Shown: positions 51,851 to 62,069, counted from the stretch's first letter. The stretch is DNA of 64,000 nucleotides from Candidatus Sumerlaeaceae bacterium (GCA_051003195.1 JBPCLP010000035.1:52171-116170), one strand, 5' to 3'. Notes: generated by a model not told the origin, from the sequence alone. Program-made: numbers and translations.

Positions 51851-53095
51851 GTGAGCGCCGCCGCTCTCGCGAAGAAAATCGATTCGCACCGCATTCGAGC
51901 AAAGGACGGGGTCATCGAATGGCTGCCCTTCGAAAAGCTGCCGATGCACGACTCCACGTGGGGGTTGTGCACGGGCGTCGACGGGAAAATTTACATAGGC
52001 GCATGCGGCGAACTGATTGGCGGCCTCAGCGCGTTTATTCTGTCCTACGATCCGGTCACTGAAAAGCTGACTTACCACGCCGAAGTCGCGCCCGCGATTG
52101 GCGAGCCGCCGGATAATGGCCGCGCCACCCAGTCGAAGATCCACTATGGCATGATCGGCGGCAGCGATGGACTGCTTTACTGCTCCACCCACGCGTCCGG
52201 TCCGCCATTGGGACACCCAGTCTGGCGGCCGTGGAACAGCTGGGACGACGAGAAGATGCGCTTCCCGGGCGCGCACATTTTCACGTTTAACCCAAAGACG
52301 AACGAGATTGTGGACTTCGGAATCGGCCCGCGGCTGGAGGGGACGCGCGCGCTGGCTTTCGACGAGAAGCGCCGCAAGCTTTACGGCATTACGTGGCCAC
52401 GAAATCGTTTCTACGTATACTACGTGGATGAGCGCAAGTATGTCGACCTTGGCCGGATTGGCGATGTAAATCCGCAGGCCGTGTGGCTGGACAAGCGTGG
52501 CTACGCATACACCACCGACGACAACGGTTTCATCATCCAGTGCGACCCGGACCGCGACGAGCTACGCCGCCTGGATGTGCAATGCCCGCATATGTCCTAC
52601 CGTCGCGGATGGCACAATGTGCCCTACGATGTAGTGCCCTCACCGGACGGAGAAACATTTTTCGGTGTCGACTGGGGCTACGAGAACTACATCTGGGAGT
52701 TTGATCCGCGTGTGCCTGCGATAAAAAGTTATGGGCGCGGCTGGGGCCCTGCTGAATGGCGCACCGACCGCAGCATGGAAATGCACCAGTTGCGCGGGCT
52801 CACGTTCGGCGCGGACGGAAAGCTCTATTTCACCGCCCGCTGCGGCTGGGACGAACTGCAGCAGCAACATCTGCATCGGATGAATGCAGCAGACGGAAGC
52901 GTGGAAACCATCGGGATCGTCGACTGGCCGGGGCGGCGCGAAATCCACGTCGCGAGCGCTGCATTCGATTTCTTCGGCAATCTCTATTTCGCCGAGGCAG
53001 GTGTACATCCGACGTCGCTTTATATCTACCGCCCGGATTCGGCGAACAAAGAGAAAAAGGCATTTTCGTGGAAGGACGTGAAACCGTGGGGGTGA
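51851..53095 (+). CDS. Uncharacterised beta-propeller protein
   Basis: Blade repeats DGKIYIG, DGLLYCST, KLYGIT, DGKLYF, GNLYF; no signal peptide. Confidence 0.75.
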   Translation: MSAAALAKKIDSHRIRAKDGVIEWLPFEKLPMHDSTWGLCTGVDGKIYIGACGELIGGLSAFILSYDPVTEKLTYHAEVAPAIGEPPDNGRATQSKIHYGMIGGSDGLLYCSTHASGPPLGHPVWRPWNSWDDEKMRFPGAHIFTFNPKTNEIVDFGIGPRLEGTRALAFDEKRRKLYGITWPRNRFYVYYVDERKYVDLGRIGDVNPQAVWLDKRGYAYTTDDNGFIIQCDPDRDELRRLDVQCPHMSYRRGWHNVPYDVVPSPDGETFFGVDWGYENYIWEFDPRVPAIKSYGRGWGPAEWRTDRSMEMHQLRGLTFGADGKLYFTARCGWDELQQQHLHRMNAADGSVETIGIVDWPGRREIHVASAAFDFFGNLYFAEAGVHPTSLYIYRPDSANKEKKAFSWKDVKPWG

Positions 53096-54303
53096 AGAAC
53101 AAAGACGGGCAGAACCGAAACGGCGCTACCGGCACATCGCTGGAGCAGCAGCTTGCCACGCGCACGTGGCCGGCAGAGGTGCAGGGCGCAATCATGGGAG
53201 AGTACGATAAGTCACCCTATGTGCGTGAAGGACGCGTCTTCACGCGGGCGCTGCGGCTGCACCAGATGATTTCCGAACCAATCCCGCCGGGCGAATCCGG
53301 TATCACATCGCTTTGCCGCGGCAGCAACGGAATGATCTATGGCGCCACGTCAGGCAAACGGAGCCACCTGTTCTACTATGATCCGTCTCCGCTCGCAGAT
53401 GGCGTGCTGGACCTGGGCGTGCTGGACGGCGTGCGCGCAGCGCGCCGGACGATCGCTGCCGGCAAGGGCCGTGTTTTTGTCGGCGCGTCGGAAATGACTG
53501 AGGAAGGCGCGAGCGGACCCATCTTTGTACACGATACGGAACTCGACTACTCCGACGAGTTTCGCTCGACCGGCGGAACAGTTAAGGAACTGGTCGTCCC
53601 CTTAAAAGGGGAGTGCATTGCCGCGCTTTGCTGCGACACAAATGCGCAAATGCTGTACGGTCTCACTTCCGGCACGGGCACTTTTTTCTCTTACGACTAC
53701 GAGCAGAAAAAGCTGAAGTTGCATGGGCCTGTATCTAAAGATACTGCCTTCTCTCGTTGCCTTGTGATGGACGGCGCCGGGAATGTTTATGGCACGCATT
53801 CCCTCGGAACGCTCTTCAGGTATTCTTCAAAGCTCGGCGTCCAGGATCTTCACATCCAGATTCCCACTGTCGCGGGCCGCGAGTTCTATAACCAGCTCGA
53901 CAGCGCCGTCTACGATCCTGTCTCGGCTCTGATTTACGGCGGCGGCACCGCCGACGGCGTGCTGTTCTCATTGAACCCGGAATCTCTTGAAATCCGCAAC
54001 CTCGGCAAAGTGATAGCCGAGCCGCGTGTGCGCGCCATTGCTGCCGCGCCTGATGGCCGCATCTTCGGGGTCGCGGGCTGCGAGGACGGCATGGGCCACC
54101 TGTTCTGCCACGACCCCTCACGCCACGAAACGCGCGACCTGGGAATCCTGTTCGCATCCTCCGAGGTCTGGCGACGGGGTTTCGAATTCGACGCCGCCTG
54201 CACGGGCGCCAACGGGGAAATCTACTTCGGTGAGAACGAGTGGGAGGGACACCTCTACATCTACTTCCCTGCCTTGAACAAAGTGGCTGCTGGTACTATG
54301 TAG
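53092..54303 (+). CDS. Uncharacterised beta-propeller protein (likely paralog of upstream gene)
   Basis: NGMIYGAT, LYGLT, GNVYGT, LIYGG, DGRIFG, NGEIYFG; GTGA overlap with upstream stop. Confidence 0.75.
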   Translation: MKNKDGQNRNGATGTSLEQQLATRTWPAEVQGAIMGEYDKSPYVREGRVFTRALRLHQMISEPIPPGESGITSLCRGSNGMIYGATSGKRSHLFYYDPSPLADGVLDLGVLDGVRAARRTIAAGKGRVFVGASEMTEEGASGPIFVHDTELDYSDEFRSTGGTVKELVVPLKGECIAALCCDTNAQMLYGLTSGTGTFFSYDYEQKKLKLHGPVSKDTAFSRCLVMDGAGNVYGTHSLGTLFRYSSKLGVQDLHIQIPTVAGREFYNQLDSAVYDPVSALIYGGGTADGVLFSLNPESLEIRNLGKVIAEPRVRAIAAAPDGRIFGVAGCEDGMGHLFCHDPSRHETRDLGILFASSEVWRRGFEFDAACTGANGEIYFGENEWEGHLYIYFPALNKVAAGTM

Positions 54304-54407
54304 AACGAAGGCCTTACCGTCGAACATCTGCCGCAACGCCGGACGCCCGGCTGACAGCTTAAATCGTTCCTTGAGCATTCATTAGTCGCGCAACGACCAT
54401 TCGGCTT

Positions 54408-55724
54408 ATGCCTGTGCAGCGCCTCAAAACATCTTACGTTTTACTCGCTGTGTTTTTCGCAGTCGTAACACAGACATCTACTCGCTGTGCCGATAACATA
54501 GAGATCGAGGTCGCAACGTTCCAGGGCGGGTTCGGAATCGATTTCTTCGAGCGGAGCGCGCGCGAGTACGAAAAGCTTCATCCCCACGTGAAGATCAAAC
54601 TGTGGGGTCACCCGCGCGTGTGGGAAAAGCTGATGCCCCGCTTTGGATCGGGTAAGCCGCCGGATCTCACATGGCCGGGTGCTGAGATGAACCTGTACGA
54701 GATGATTAAAGGCGGCCAGCTCTTCGCATGGGACGATTATCTCAAGCAGCCCGCCAGCGGATCAGACAAGCAATGGCTGGACACCTTTAAGCCCTCATTG
54801 ATGGCGCTGCAAAAGTATCGCGGTCGGTATTATATGCTTCCATACCAGGTCACTGCCTTTGGCTGGTACTTCAATCGGAAGCTGTTCCGCGAGAATGGCT
54901 GGACTCCCCCACAAACATACAGCGAGCTGCTTGCCCTGTGCGAGAAGATCAAGGCGAAGAAAATCGCACCTGTCACCTTCACTGGACGATACCCCCAGTA
55001 TCCAATCCTCGGGATGTTCTTCCCGTGGATGGTTAGCGCTGGGGGCTACGCCCCATACAAAGCCGCGGAGAATCTGGAACCAGGCGCATGGAAGCACCCC
55101 GCCATTTTGCGCGCAGCAGAAACCATCATGGAAATGAAACAACGCGGAAACTTTGAGAACGGTTGCATCGGGATGAACCACACCGAATCGCAAATGGAGT
55201 TCCTGATGGGGCGCGCGGCCATGATCCTGTGCGGCACGTGGTTTCACTCCGAGATGGCAAACGTGATGGATAAAGATTTCGAGGCCGAGTTCATGCTGAC
55301 TCCGCGCTTTGATGATCAACAGGACACTGGCACTTATCTTATGGCCTCTGTGGATGGCCAGTGGATACTACCGGCAAAGGGCAGGCATAGGGACGTTGCC
55401 GCCGATTTTTACCGCTTCATGTCGTCCCCCGACAAATCGCGCGAATTCATGGAGCAAAAGGGTACACTGATGGCAGTCTACCCCACGCAACCGGTGAACG
55501 CGCCCGAAACCATGAAGGAGCCGCTGCGGCATTATCTCGCTGCGAAAGCAACCATGTGGTCGCACACCGATGCGTGGTACCCGGCGATGGGTAAAGCCAT
55601 GGTCAACTCATTTCGTGATCTCTATAATGAGCAGATCACACCGGCAGAATTCATCGGAAGTATTGAGCTGGAAGCCGACAAGATTCGCCGCGATCCCGAA
55701 GTGGACAGGTTCACCCTGGAATGA
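54408..55724 (+). CDS. Sugar ABC substrate-binding protein, NgcE (GlcNAc/chitobiose)-like
   Basis: FQGGFGIDFF, MNHTESQMEF, GTWFHSEM; linked to nagB. Confidence 0.8.
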   Translation: MPVQRLKTSYVLLAVFFAVVTQTSTRCADNIEIEVATFQGGFGIDFFERSAREYEKLHPHVKIKLWGHPRVWEKLMPRFGSGKPPDLTWPGAEMNLYEMIKGGQLFAWDDYLKQPASGSDKQWLDTFKPSLMALQKYRGRYYMLPYQVTAFGWYFNRKLFRENGWTPPQTYSELLALCEKIKAKKIAPVTFTGRYPQYPILGMFFPWMVSAGGYAPYKAAENLEPGAWKHPAILRAAETIMEMKQRGNFENGCIGMNHTESQMEFLMGRAAMILCGTWFHSEMANVMDKDFEAEFMLTPRFDDQQDTGTYLMASVDGQWILPAKGRHRDVAADFYRFMSSPDKSREFMEQKGTLMAVYPTQPVNAPETMKEPLRHYLAAKATMWSHTDAWYPAMGKAMVNSFRDLYNEQITPAEFIGSIELEADKIRRDPEVDRFTLE

Positions 55725-56632
55725 CGCCGGCAAAGCGCAGCGCCCACACGGACCTCGTTCAACCGAGATCACTGATCATTGGATTCCTTGCGCCCGCCGT
55801 GCTCCTGTATTTGCTGTTTTTTGTCTACCCGGTCGCGCAGGCGATGGTCTACTCGCTTTATCGGGGCAGCCCTCTGACAGGCAATTTCCATTGGGTGGGG
55901 CTGCGAAACTTTTACCGTTTGCTGTTCGAAGACGACATATTCTGGCGATGCGTCCGGCACAACCTGGCATTCGTATTCGTCGGCGGTGCACTCACACTTT
56001 TGCTTGGCCTGACGATCGCCCTCGCCCTCGCGAAAATCGACGCTGGCCGTAGCGCATTCCGGCTGATCTACCTGTTTCCGCACGTGATGTCCGGCGTCGC
56101 CGTCACCATACTGTGGTCCTTTATTTTCAATCCCTCCTTCGGCCTGTTCAACGGCATGCTGCGTAACGTCGGCCTGCACACCTGGACACGCGCATGGCTC
56201 GGCGAGCCCTATACGACCATGCCCACGCTTATCGTCATCCACGTATGGATGTCCGTCGGCTTTTACGTGGTGCTCTTCTACGCCGGACTCATGCGCATTC
56301 CGGCCGAGTATCAGGAAGCCGCGCGCATCGATGGAGCCAGCGCCTTCGCAGAGTTCCGGCACGTCACGCTTCCTCTGCTTATGGAGGTAACGCGAATCAG
56401 TACCATCTACGCTGCTATCTCCGGTCTGAGCGTTTTCGGCCTGGTGTTTCTTATCAACGAGGGAAACGTAAACAAATACGACGAAGTTCTGATGACCTAT
56501 CTCTACGATCAGGGCTTTAAGCAGGGGAATTTTGGTTATGGCTCTGCCATTGCCGTCGTGTCGCTGGTGCTCGTGCTGGTACTGGCGTGGCTGATCAACC
56601 GCCTCTTCGCCGGCCACGAGGTGCAGATGTGA
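55721..56632 (+). CDS. Carbohydrate ABC permease
   Basis: WVGLRNF, EAARIDGAS, FGYGSAIA. Confidence 0.92.
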   Translation: MTPAKRSAHTDLVQPRSLIIGFLAPAVLLYLLFFVYPVAQAMVYSLYRGSPLTGNFHWVGLRNFYRLLFEDDIFWRCVRHNLAFVFVGGALTLLLGLTIALALAKIDAGRSAFRLIYLFPHVMSGVAVTILWSFIFNPSFGLFNGMLRNVGLHTWTRAWLGEPYTTMPTLIVIHVWMSVGFYVVLFYAGLMRIPAEYQEAARIDGASAFAEFRHVTLPLLMEVTRISTIYAAISGLSVFGLVFLINEGNVNKYDEVLMTYLYDQGFKQGNFGYGSAIAVVSLVLVLVLAWLINRLFAGHEVQM

Positions 56633-57474
56633 ACCGCGCCAGAGTGGACAACGCATGGAGGAAATTCGCGATCTATCTATTCCTCGTGCTGATGGCGGCT
56701 GCCGTCGTGTTTCCCATGGCGTGGATGTTCGCGACATCTTTCAAAGACGCGCGCAGCATCTTCCGCGATCCATGGGCTTTCCCCGAAAAGCTGCAATTCA
56801 GCAATTACAGCGGCGCCTGGACAAAGGGCGCGATGGGGCTGAAGTTCCTGAACTCGCTGGCCATTACAGCCGTTGCTCTCATGCTGATTCTTCTGATATC
56901 CGCAATGGCCGCCTACGTGATCGCCCGCTTTCGATTTCCAGGCAGCAGCTTCCTTTACTACATGTTCCTCGCGGGTCTGGCGGTACCTATCTTCCTGGCA
57001 ATCATGCCTCTGTTCCGGCTGATGGACCAGTTGCGCCTTCTCGATACCCGCGTTGGCCTCGTACTCGCCTATGTCGCCTACTCGCTCGCATTTACGATTT
57101 TCGTGCTCACCGGCTTCTTCCGCACCCTACCCTCGCAGCTGGCTGAAGCCGCCGCAATGGACGGCGCATCACCTTCGCGCACTTTCTGGCGCGTGATGTT
57201 TCCCCTGTCAAAGCCGGGCCTCGTTGCGGCCGGCATCTTCGTGGGAATCGGGCTGTGGAACGAGTACCCGCTGGCTCTTGTGCTGATCACAACAGACAAT
57301 CTGCAGACACTACCGCTCGGAATCGCCTCCCTCACCATGACTCAACGCTATCAGAGCGACTGGGGTGCACTGTTTGCCGTGCTGGCGATAGCCGTCATTC
57401 CCACACTCCTGGCGTATGCACTGTTCCAGCGACAGATCGAGCAGGGCTTCACCGCGGGAGCCTTGAAAGGCTAA
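56629..57474 (+). CDS. Carbohydrate ABC permease
   Basis: EAAAMDGAS, WNEY, TAGALKG; GTGA overlap. Confidence 0.92.
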   Translation: MNRARVDNAWRKFAIYLFLVLMAAAVVFPMAWMFATSFKDARSIFRDPWAFPEKLQFSNYSGAWTKGAMGLKFLNSLAITAVALMLILLISAMAAYVIARFRFPGSSFLYYMFLAGLAVPIFLAIMPLFRLMDQLRLLDTRVGLVLAYVAYSLAFTIFVLTGFFRTLPSQLAEAAAMDGASPSRTFWRVMFPLSKPGLVAAGIFVGIGLWNEYPLALVLITTDNLQTLPLGIASLTMTQRYQSDWGALFAVLAIAVIPTLLAYALFQRQIEQGFTAGALKG

Positions 57475-57617
57475 TTACTCTGAGCCGCGTACCGTGCAAA
57501 GTTTCGGTTGCGCGCACCGTCGGTATGACGCAGCCGTTCCGAAGCTACTCCCGTGCGGCAATGCCGCTGTATTTTGTAATAAGCATTCCCGCATAGGAAA
57601 TCCGCGATTGAAGGGGT

Positions 57618-58451
57618 TTGCCGTTGGAAGTTGTAATCACAAAAGACGCTGAGGAACTGGCCGAGTACGCTGCCGATTTTATCCGGAGGCAGATCCTGCG
57701 CAAACCAAACAGCGTGCTTGGCCTTGCGACTGGCAGCTCGCCGGAAAAAACATATGCGCGCCTTGTGCGGTACCATCGCGAAGAAGGGCTCGATTTTTCC
57801 AAGGTCACCACCTTCAACCTGGACGAGTACATTGGTCTGCCGCCTGCCCATAAGCAGAGCTACCACTACTTCATGCACGACCGGATTTTCAATCACGTAA
57901 ACATCGACGGGCAGAACGTGCACGTGCCCGGAGGCATGGCTCCAGACCCGCAGGCATTCTGCACATGGTACGAGGAGCAGATCCGCGCCCGCGGTGGGAT
58001 TGACCTGCAACTGCTCGGCGTCGGCGGAGACGGTCATATCGCCTTCAATGAACCCGGTAGTTCGCTCACCAGCCGCACCCGCGTTAAAACACTCACCGAG
58101 GAAACCATACGCGACAACGCACGTCTTTTTTTTGGCGAAGGAAAGGAAGACGAAGTGCCCCGCTTTGCGATCACAATGGGCGTAGGCACAATTCTTGAAG
58201 CGAAGCGTCTGCTGCTAATCGCCAATGGAGGCAGGAAAGCGCGCGTGGTGAAGGCGCTCATCGAAGGCCCCGTCACAAGTGCCGTGACCGCAAGCGCCCT
58301 CCAACTGCATCCCGATGCGACCGTGGTTATTGACGAAGAAGCAGCGAGCGAGTTGGACCGGAAGGACTATTACAAATGGGTGCTGGCGCAGAAAAAAGAG
58401 TATCGCAAAACGCTGGAGCGGCTGGCGACCGACATGGAAGGCCCGGCATAG
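57618..58451 (+). CDS. nagB: Glucosamine-6-phosphate deaminase
   Basis: LGLATGSSP, FNLDEY, GHIAFNEPGSS, TMGVGTI. Confidence 0.97.
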   Translation: MPLEVVITKDAEELAEYAADFIRRQILRKPNSVLGLATGSSPEKTYARLVRYHREEGLDFSKVTTFNLDEYIGLPPAHKQSYHYFMHDRIFNHVNIDGQNVHVPGGMAPDPQAFCTWYEEQIRARGGIDLQLLGVGGDGHIAFNEPGSSLTSRTRVKTLTEETIRDNARLFFGEGKEDEVPRFAITMGVGTILEAKRLLLIANGGRKARVVKALIEGPVTSAVTASALQLHPDATVVIDEEAASELDRKDYYKWVLAQKKEYRKTLERLATDMEGPA

Positions 58452-58476
58452 CCACAGCCGGCGCAACTCCGTTCGG

Positions 58477-58496
58477 ACTACAGGCTTTAGCCTGGG
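58477..58496 (+). repeat. REP-like short palindrome
   Basis: GGACTA-CAGGCT-TT-AGCCTG in the nagB-DUF4954 intergenic region; single copy in window. Confidence 0.4.
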
Positions 58497-58586
58497 CGGG
58501 CGCAGCTGTTTCCAATTCAGCCCGCGAAATCACAACAGTCCAGCCCCAGCCCCGCACCCAGCCAGCTAACATAACAAGTACTCACC

Positions 58587-60545
58587 ATGCCCCCTGACGT
58601 TCTCGGCCCCGCTGTCCACTGGACGCCCCGCCCCGGCGCCCTCGCACCCCTCGCCGCGCGCACAGTGAATCAACTCCAGCAACTGCTCCACGAGTCCGAA
58701 TTCCTCGCACGTATTCGCGCCATCCGCGAGCGCACCAGCAGCGCGAAGCCACTCACTCCGGAGCACCGCGACGCCCTCATCGCAAACCAGTGCAGCGCCG
58801 AGGACTGGCGCCGCATACGCGTCGCCCCGCACTTCTCGCCAGACCGCGTACACCATGTCCACTTCTTCGGCGACTGCGAGTTGGGCGCCTTCACAGCCGA
58901 TCGCGTCCACATCGCCGAAGGCGTCGCTCTGCCCGCCGGCCTGTACGATTGCATAATCCTCAACTCCATCATCGAAGACGACGCCTGCGTGTCCCGTGTC
59001 GGCACGCTGGCCAACACATATATTGGCCCGGGCGCCGTCATCGCCAATTGCAACCTCATCACGTGCAGCGGGCGCACGTCGTTCGGCAACAACACCGAAA
59101 TGCCCATCAGCATCGAAGTCGGCGGGCGCGAGGTGCATTCCTTTGCCGAACTCACGATTCCCATCGCAGAGGCCGTCGCCAAGAATCGCCACGATGCACT
59201 GCTGCTGAACTCCTACCAGGCGTTCTGCGCGCAAGTCGCCGCGTCAGCCGAATGCGCTTTCTCCATCGTCGAAGCGGGCGCGCGCATAACCAATACCAGC
59301 AAACTCGTAGACGTATATATCGGTCCAGCTGCGCAGATCGACAACGCCACATTGTTGCAGCGCACCACGATTCTCGCCAGCCCCGACGAGCAAACGACGA
59401 TTTCCGATGGCGCGTGGATATCCGATACCATCGTGCAGCACGGCGCCCATGTCGCGTCGTTTGCCATCGTCAACAAATCCGTCCTGTGCGAATACTCCTG
59501 CGTCGAGCGCCAGGGAAAAGTTTCCCAGTCCATCATCGGCCCGAATACTTCGATCGCAGAGGGCGAAGTTACCGCGTCCCTCGTCGGCCCTTTTGTCGGG
59601 TTTCATCACCAGTCGTTGCTGATCGCCGCGATGTGGCCGGAGGGGCGCGGCAACATTGGCTCGGGCGCAAACGTCGGCTCCAATCATACCAGCAAAGCAC
59701 CCGACCAGGAAATATGGCCCGGCGAAGGCGCGTTCTTCGGTCTCGGCGTGAATATCAAGTATCCGAGCGATCTCACTGCCGCACCGTATACCATTTTCGC
59801 AACCGCCGTCAACGCCCTGCCGCAGCGGATTGAGTTTCCATTTTCCCTCATCAATTCCCCCACGCGCGCGCACGAGGGCGTCTCGCCTGGCTACAACGAA
59901 ATTACGCCCGGCTGGGTTCTGAGCGACGATATTTATCTCGTGATGCGTAACGAGGCCAAATTCCGCGCCCGTAATAAAGCGCGCCGCACCCAACTGGAGA
60001 CCGAAGTTTTCCGCCCCGCCATCGTTGACCTGATGCGCGACGCCCGCGTTCGCCTGCAACAGGTGCCCGAGGTAAAACACTTATACACAGATCAGGACCT
60101 TGCAGGTTTAGGGAAGAATTTCCTGCTCGAAAAGGCCCGGCTGGTCGCTGTCGAAAGCTACACATTCTACATCCGCTACTACGCTCTTCGGGGATTTTAT
60201 CAACAGGTTGAAAAAACACTTGCGAGTGAACCCTCGTATGATATTAGAGAAGTGCTCGCTCGGCAAGCCGACAATTTTCGTTGGCAACACGAGCGGGACG
60301 TATTGGCACAGGAGTTCCCGGGCCTGGACGCGCCGGAGCTGTTTTACGAATTATTACAGCACCAGGAGAAGGTCGCGAGGGACGTGCAAGCCTCCAAGGA
60401 AAGAGACGACAGCCGCGGGATGCGGATCATCTCGGACTATCGGGATGCGCACGCTCCAGCCAGCCAGGATCCTTTTGTGAAAACAATATGGCAGCAAACG
60501 CGACTGGTGGAGGAGAAAGTACAAAAGTATCTCTCAATAAATTAG
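58587..60545 (+). CDS. DUF4954-family protein (hexapeptide/left-handed beta-helix-like core)
   Basis: GPNTSIAEGEVTASLVGPFVGFHHQSLLIA, GANVGSNH, FPFSLI. Family recognised from memory. Confidence 0.78.
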   Translation: MPPDVLGPAVHWTPRPGALAPLAARTVNQLQQLLHESEFLARIRAIRERTSSAKPLTPEHRDALIANQCSAEDWRRIRVAPHFSPDRVHHVHFFGDCELGAFTADRVHIAEGVALPAGLYDCIILNSIIEDDACVSRVGTLANTYIGPGAVIANCNLITCSGRTSFGNNTEMPISIEVGGREVHSFAELTIPIAEAVAKNRHDALLLNSYQAFCAQVAASAECAFSIVEAGARITNTSKLVDVYIGPAAQIDNATLLQRTTILASPDEQTTISDGAWISDTIVQHGAHVASFAIVNKSVLCEYSCVERQGKVSQSIIGPNTSIAEGEVTASLVGPFVGFHHQSLLIAAMWPEGRGNIGSGANVGSNHTSKAPDQEIWPGEGAFFGLGVNIKYPSDLTAAPYTIFATAVNALPQRIEFPFSLINSPTRAHEGVSPGYNEITPGWVLSDDIYLVMRNEAKFRARNKARRTQLETEVFRPAIVDLMRDARVRLQQVPEVKHLYTDQDLAGLGKNFLLEKARLVAVESYTFYIRYYALRGFYQQVEKTLASEPSYDIREVLARQADNFRWQHERDVLAQEFPGLDAPELFYELLQHQEKVARDVQASKERDDSRGMRIISDYRDAHAPASQDPFVKTIWQQTRLVEEKVQKYLSIN

Positions 60546-60723
60546 CGCGCCGGCGTTGGAGCAAATCTTGCTTGCGTGTGCACATCAGTGCCACGTGCCA
60601 AACGCCGGCACCAACGTTGTCATTTGCAGGTTTTAACAGTTCGGATGCAGCAGGACGAGCAGGATCGGTCGTTACACTGCCTCTGCGGGCTGTACTACGT
60701 AGTTCAGAGGAAGGATCCGTTTT

Positions 60724-61185
60724 ATGGACATCCATGTCCGCAACAAGTGCAAATCGAACATCATCACGACGCACCGCCTGAAGAAGATAACTAACAATGT
60801 CCTCAAGCTGGTGCTGGACGAAAAGGGCCGCAGTGGCGCTGAAGTTTCAATCGTCTATGTTGACGACGGCGAGATGCGTAATCTTAATCGTAACTACCGT
60901 GGCATCAATAAGAGCACCGATGTGCTTGCCTTCCCGATGAACGAAGGCCGATTTGCTGCAATTAATCCGGACTTGCTGGGTGATGTCGTCATATCCGTAC
61001 CACGCGCTCGCGAACAGTCGGAGGCCCACGACCACAGCCTCGAACGCGAGCTCACCGTTTTGCTCATTCATGGCCTGCTCCACCTGCTCGGCTATGATCA
61101 CGCCAACGATAAGGAAGAAGCCATCATGAAGGAACTCGAGAACGAGTTTCTCATGCTGGTCGAAGAAGAACTCAGCATCGCCTGA
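60724..61185 (+). CDS. ybeY: rRNA maturation endoribonuclease
   Basis: TDVLAF, LGDVVIS, HGLLHLLGYDH. Confidence 0.96.
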   Translation: MDIHVRNKCKSNIITTHRLKKITNNVLKLVLDEKGRSGAEVSIVYVDDGEMRNLNRNYRGINKSTDVLAFPMNEGRFAAINPDLLGDVVISVPRAREQSEAHDHSLERELTVLLIHGLLHLLGYDHANDKEEAIMKELENEFLMLVEEELSIA

Positions 61186-61328
61186 TTGTAATTTCGCGAT
61201 AGCTCAGCCGTGATTTACCAGCAGGGCGTGGCCACAAGAAGTCGTGGTGCGCCCTGTTTGTATGAATTCGCGGTACCATCTATGGAATATCTGTTCTAAC
61301 AAACATTTCAGAACACAATGGAGAAACC

Positions 61329-61799
61329 ATGAAACGCAGTCTCTACGTTGCCGTTACGTCGGCACTTTTTGTCACACTTGCAACACTCGCGGGTGCAGAA
61401 ACTACAACCACGCAAAGCTCCAGCACCACGACGACCACCACTAAAGCGGCGCCGGCCAGCGAGGAAGTGACACTTCCCGGTGGCACCAAGTACGTCGACG
61501 AAGTCGTCGGAACCGGACCCGAAGCAAAGGCCGGCAAGACTGTGACGGTTCACTACACCGGCAAACTGACCAATGGCACCAAATTCGACAGCTCCAAGGA
61601 TCATGGCCAGCCGTTCAGATTTCCTCTCGGTGGCGGTCAGGTCATCGCCGGGTGGGACAACGGGGTTGCGGGAATGAAGGTCGGCGGTAAACGCAAACTG
61701 ACGATTCCTGCCGATCAGGGCTATGGCTCACGCGACATGGGAAAGATTCCGCCCAACTCGACGCTGCTGTTTGACGTTGAGCTGCTCGGCGTTCAATAA
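61329..61799 (+). CDS. Secreted FKBP-type peptidyl-prolyl isomerase
   Basis: VHYTG..FDSS, VIAGWD, IPPNSTLLFDVEL; signal peptide. Confidence 0.95.
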   Translation: MKRSLYVAVTSALFVTLATLAGAETTTTQSSSTTTTTTKAAPASEEVTLPGGTKYVDEVVGTGPEAKAGKTVTVHYTGKLTNGTKFDSSKDHGQPFRFPLGGGQVIAGWDNGVAGMKVGGKRKLTIPADQGYGSRDMGKIPPNSTLLFDVELLGVQ

Positions 61800-61881
61800 C
61801 CACTTTAAACGAGACCAGTGTGCTGTCCCTGAAACTCGCGGTATAATCCAGTTCAGGTTTTTTGCACCGAAGGTGCAGCGG

Positions 61882-61972
61882 AACCCAGCCCAGGGAAAGG
61901 AGGCCACGGCTTTTTGTGGCCGACGCAGCCCTGGGTTATCGATCCAATTACATCGCGCCCTGAAGGGGCGCC
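61882..61972 (+). repeat. REP/BIME-like palindromic intergenic element
   Basis: (a)cccaggg...ggccac/gtggcc...ccctgggtt nested stems, followed by cgccctgaaggggcg hairpin. Confidence 0.5.
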
Positions 61973-62069
61973 GGAAAGCCCGCAACTTTCGTTACGAATC
62001 TCACACCACCCGGCTTTTTTTACACTTGTCGCAAGGTTTGGCCGTGGGGCTGTATAGTTGCCCTGACTT

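Noticed and set aside
52756..53091. N-terminal extension of the second propeller ORF
   Set aside because: It overlaps the upstream gene by 340 bp and is Arg-rich nonsense. The GTGA-coupled start at 53092 is more plausible.
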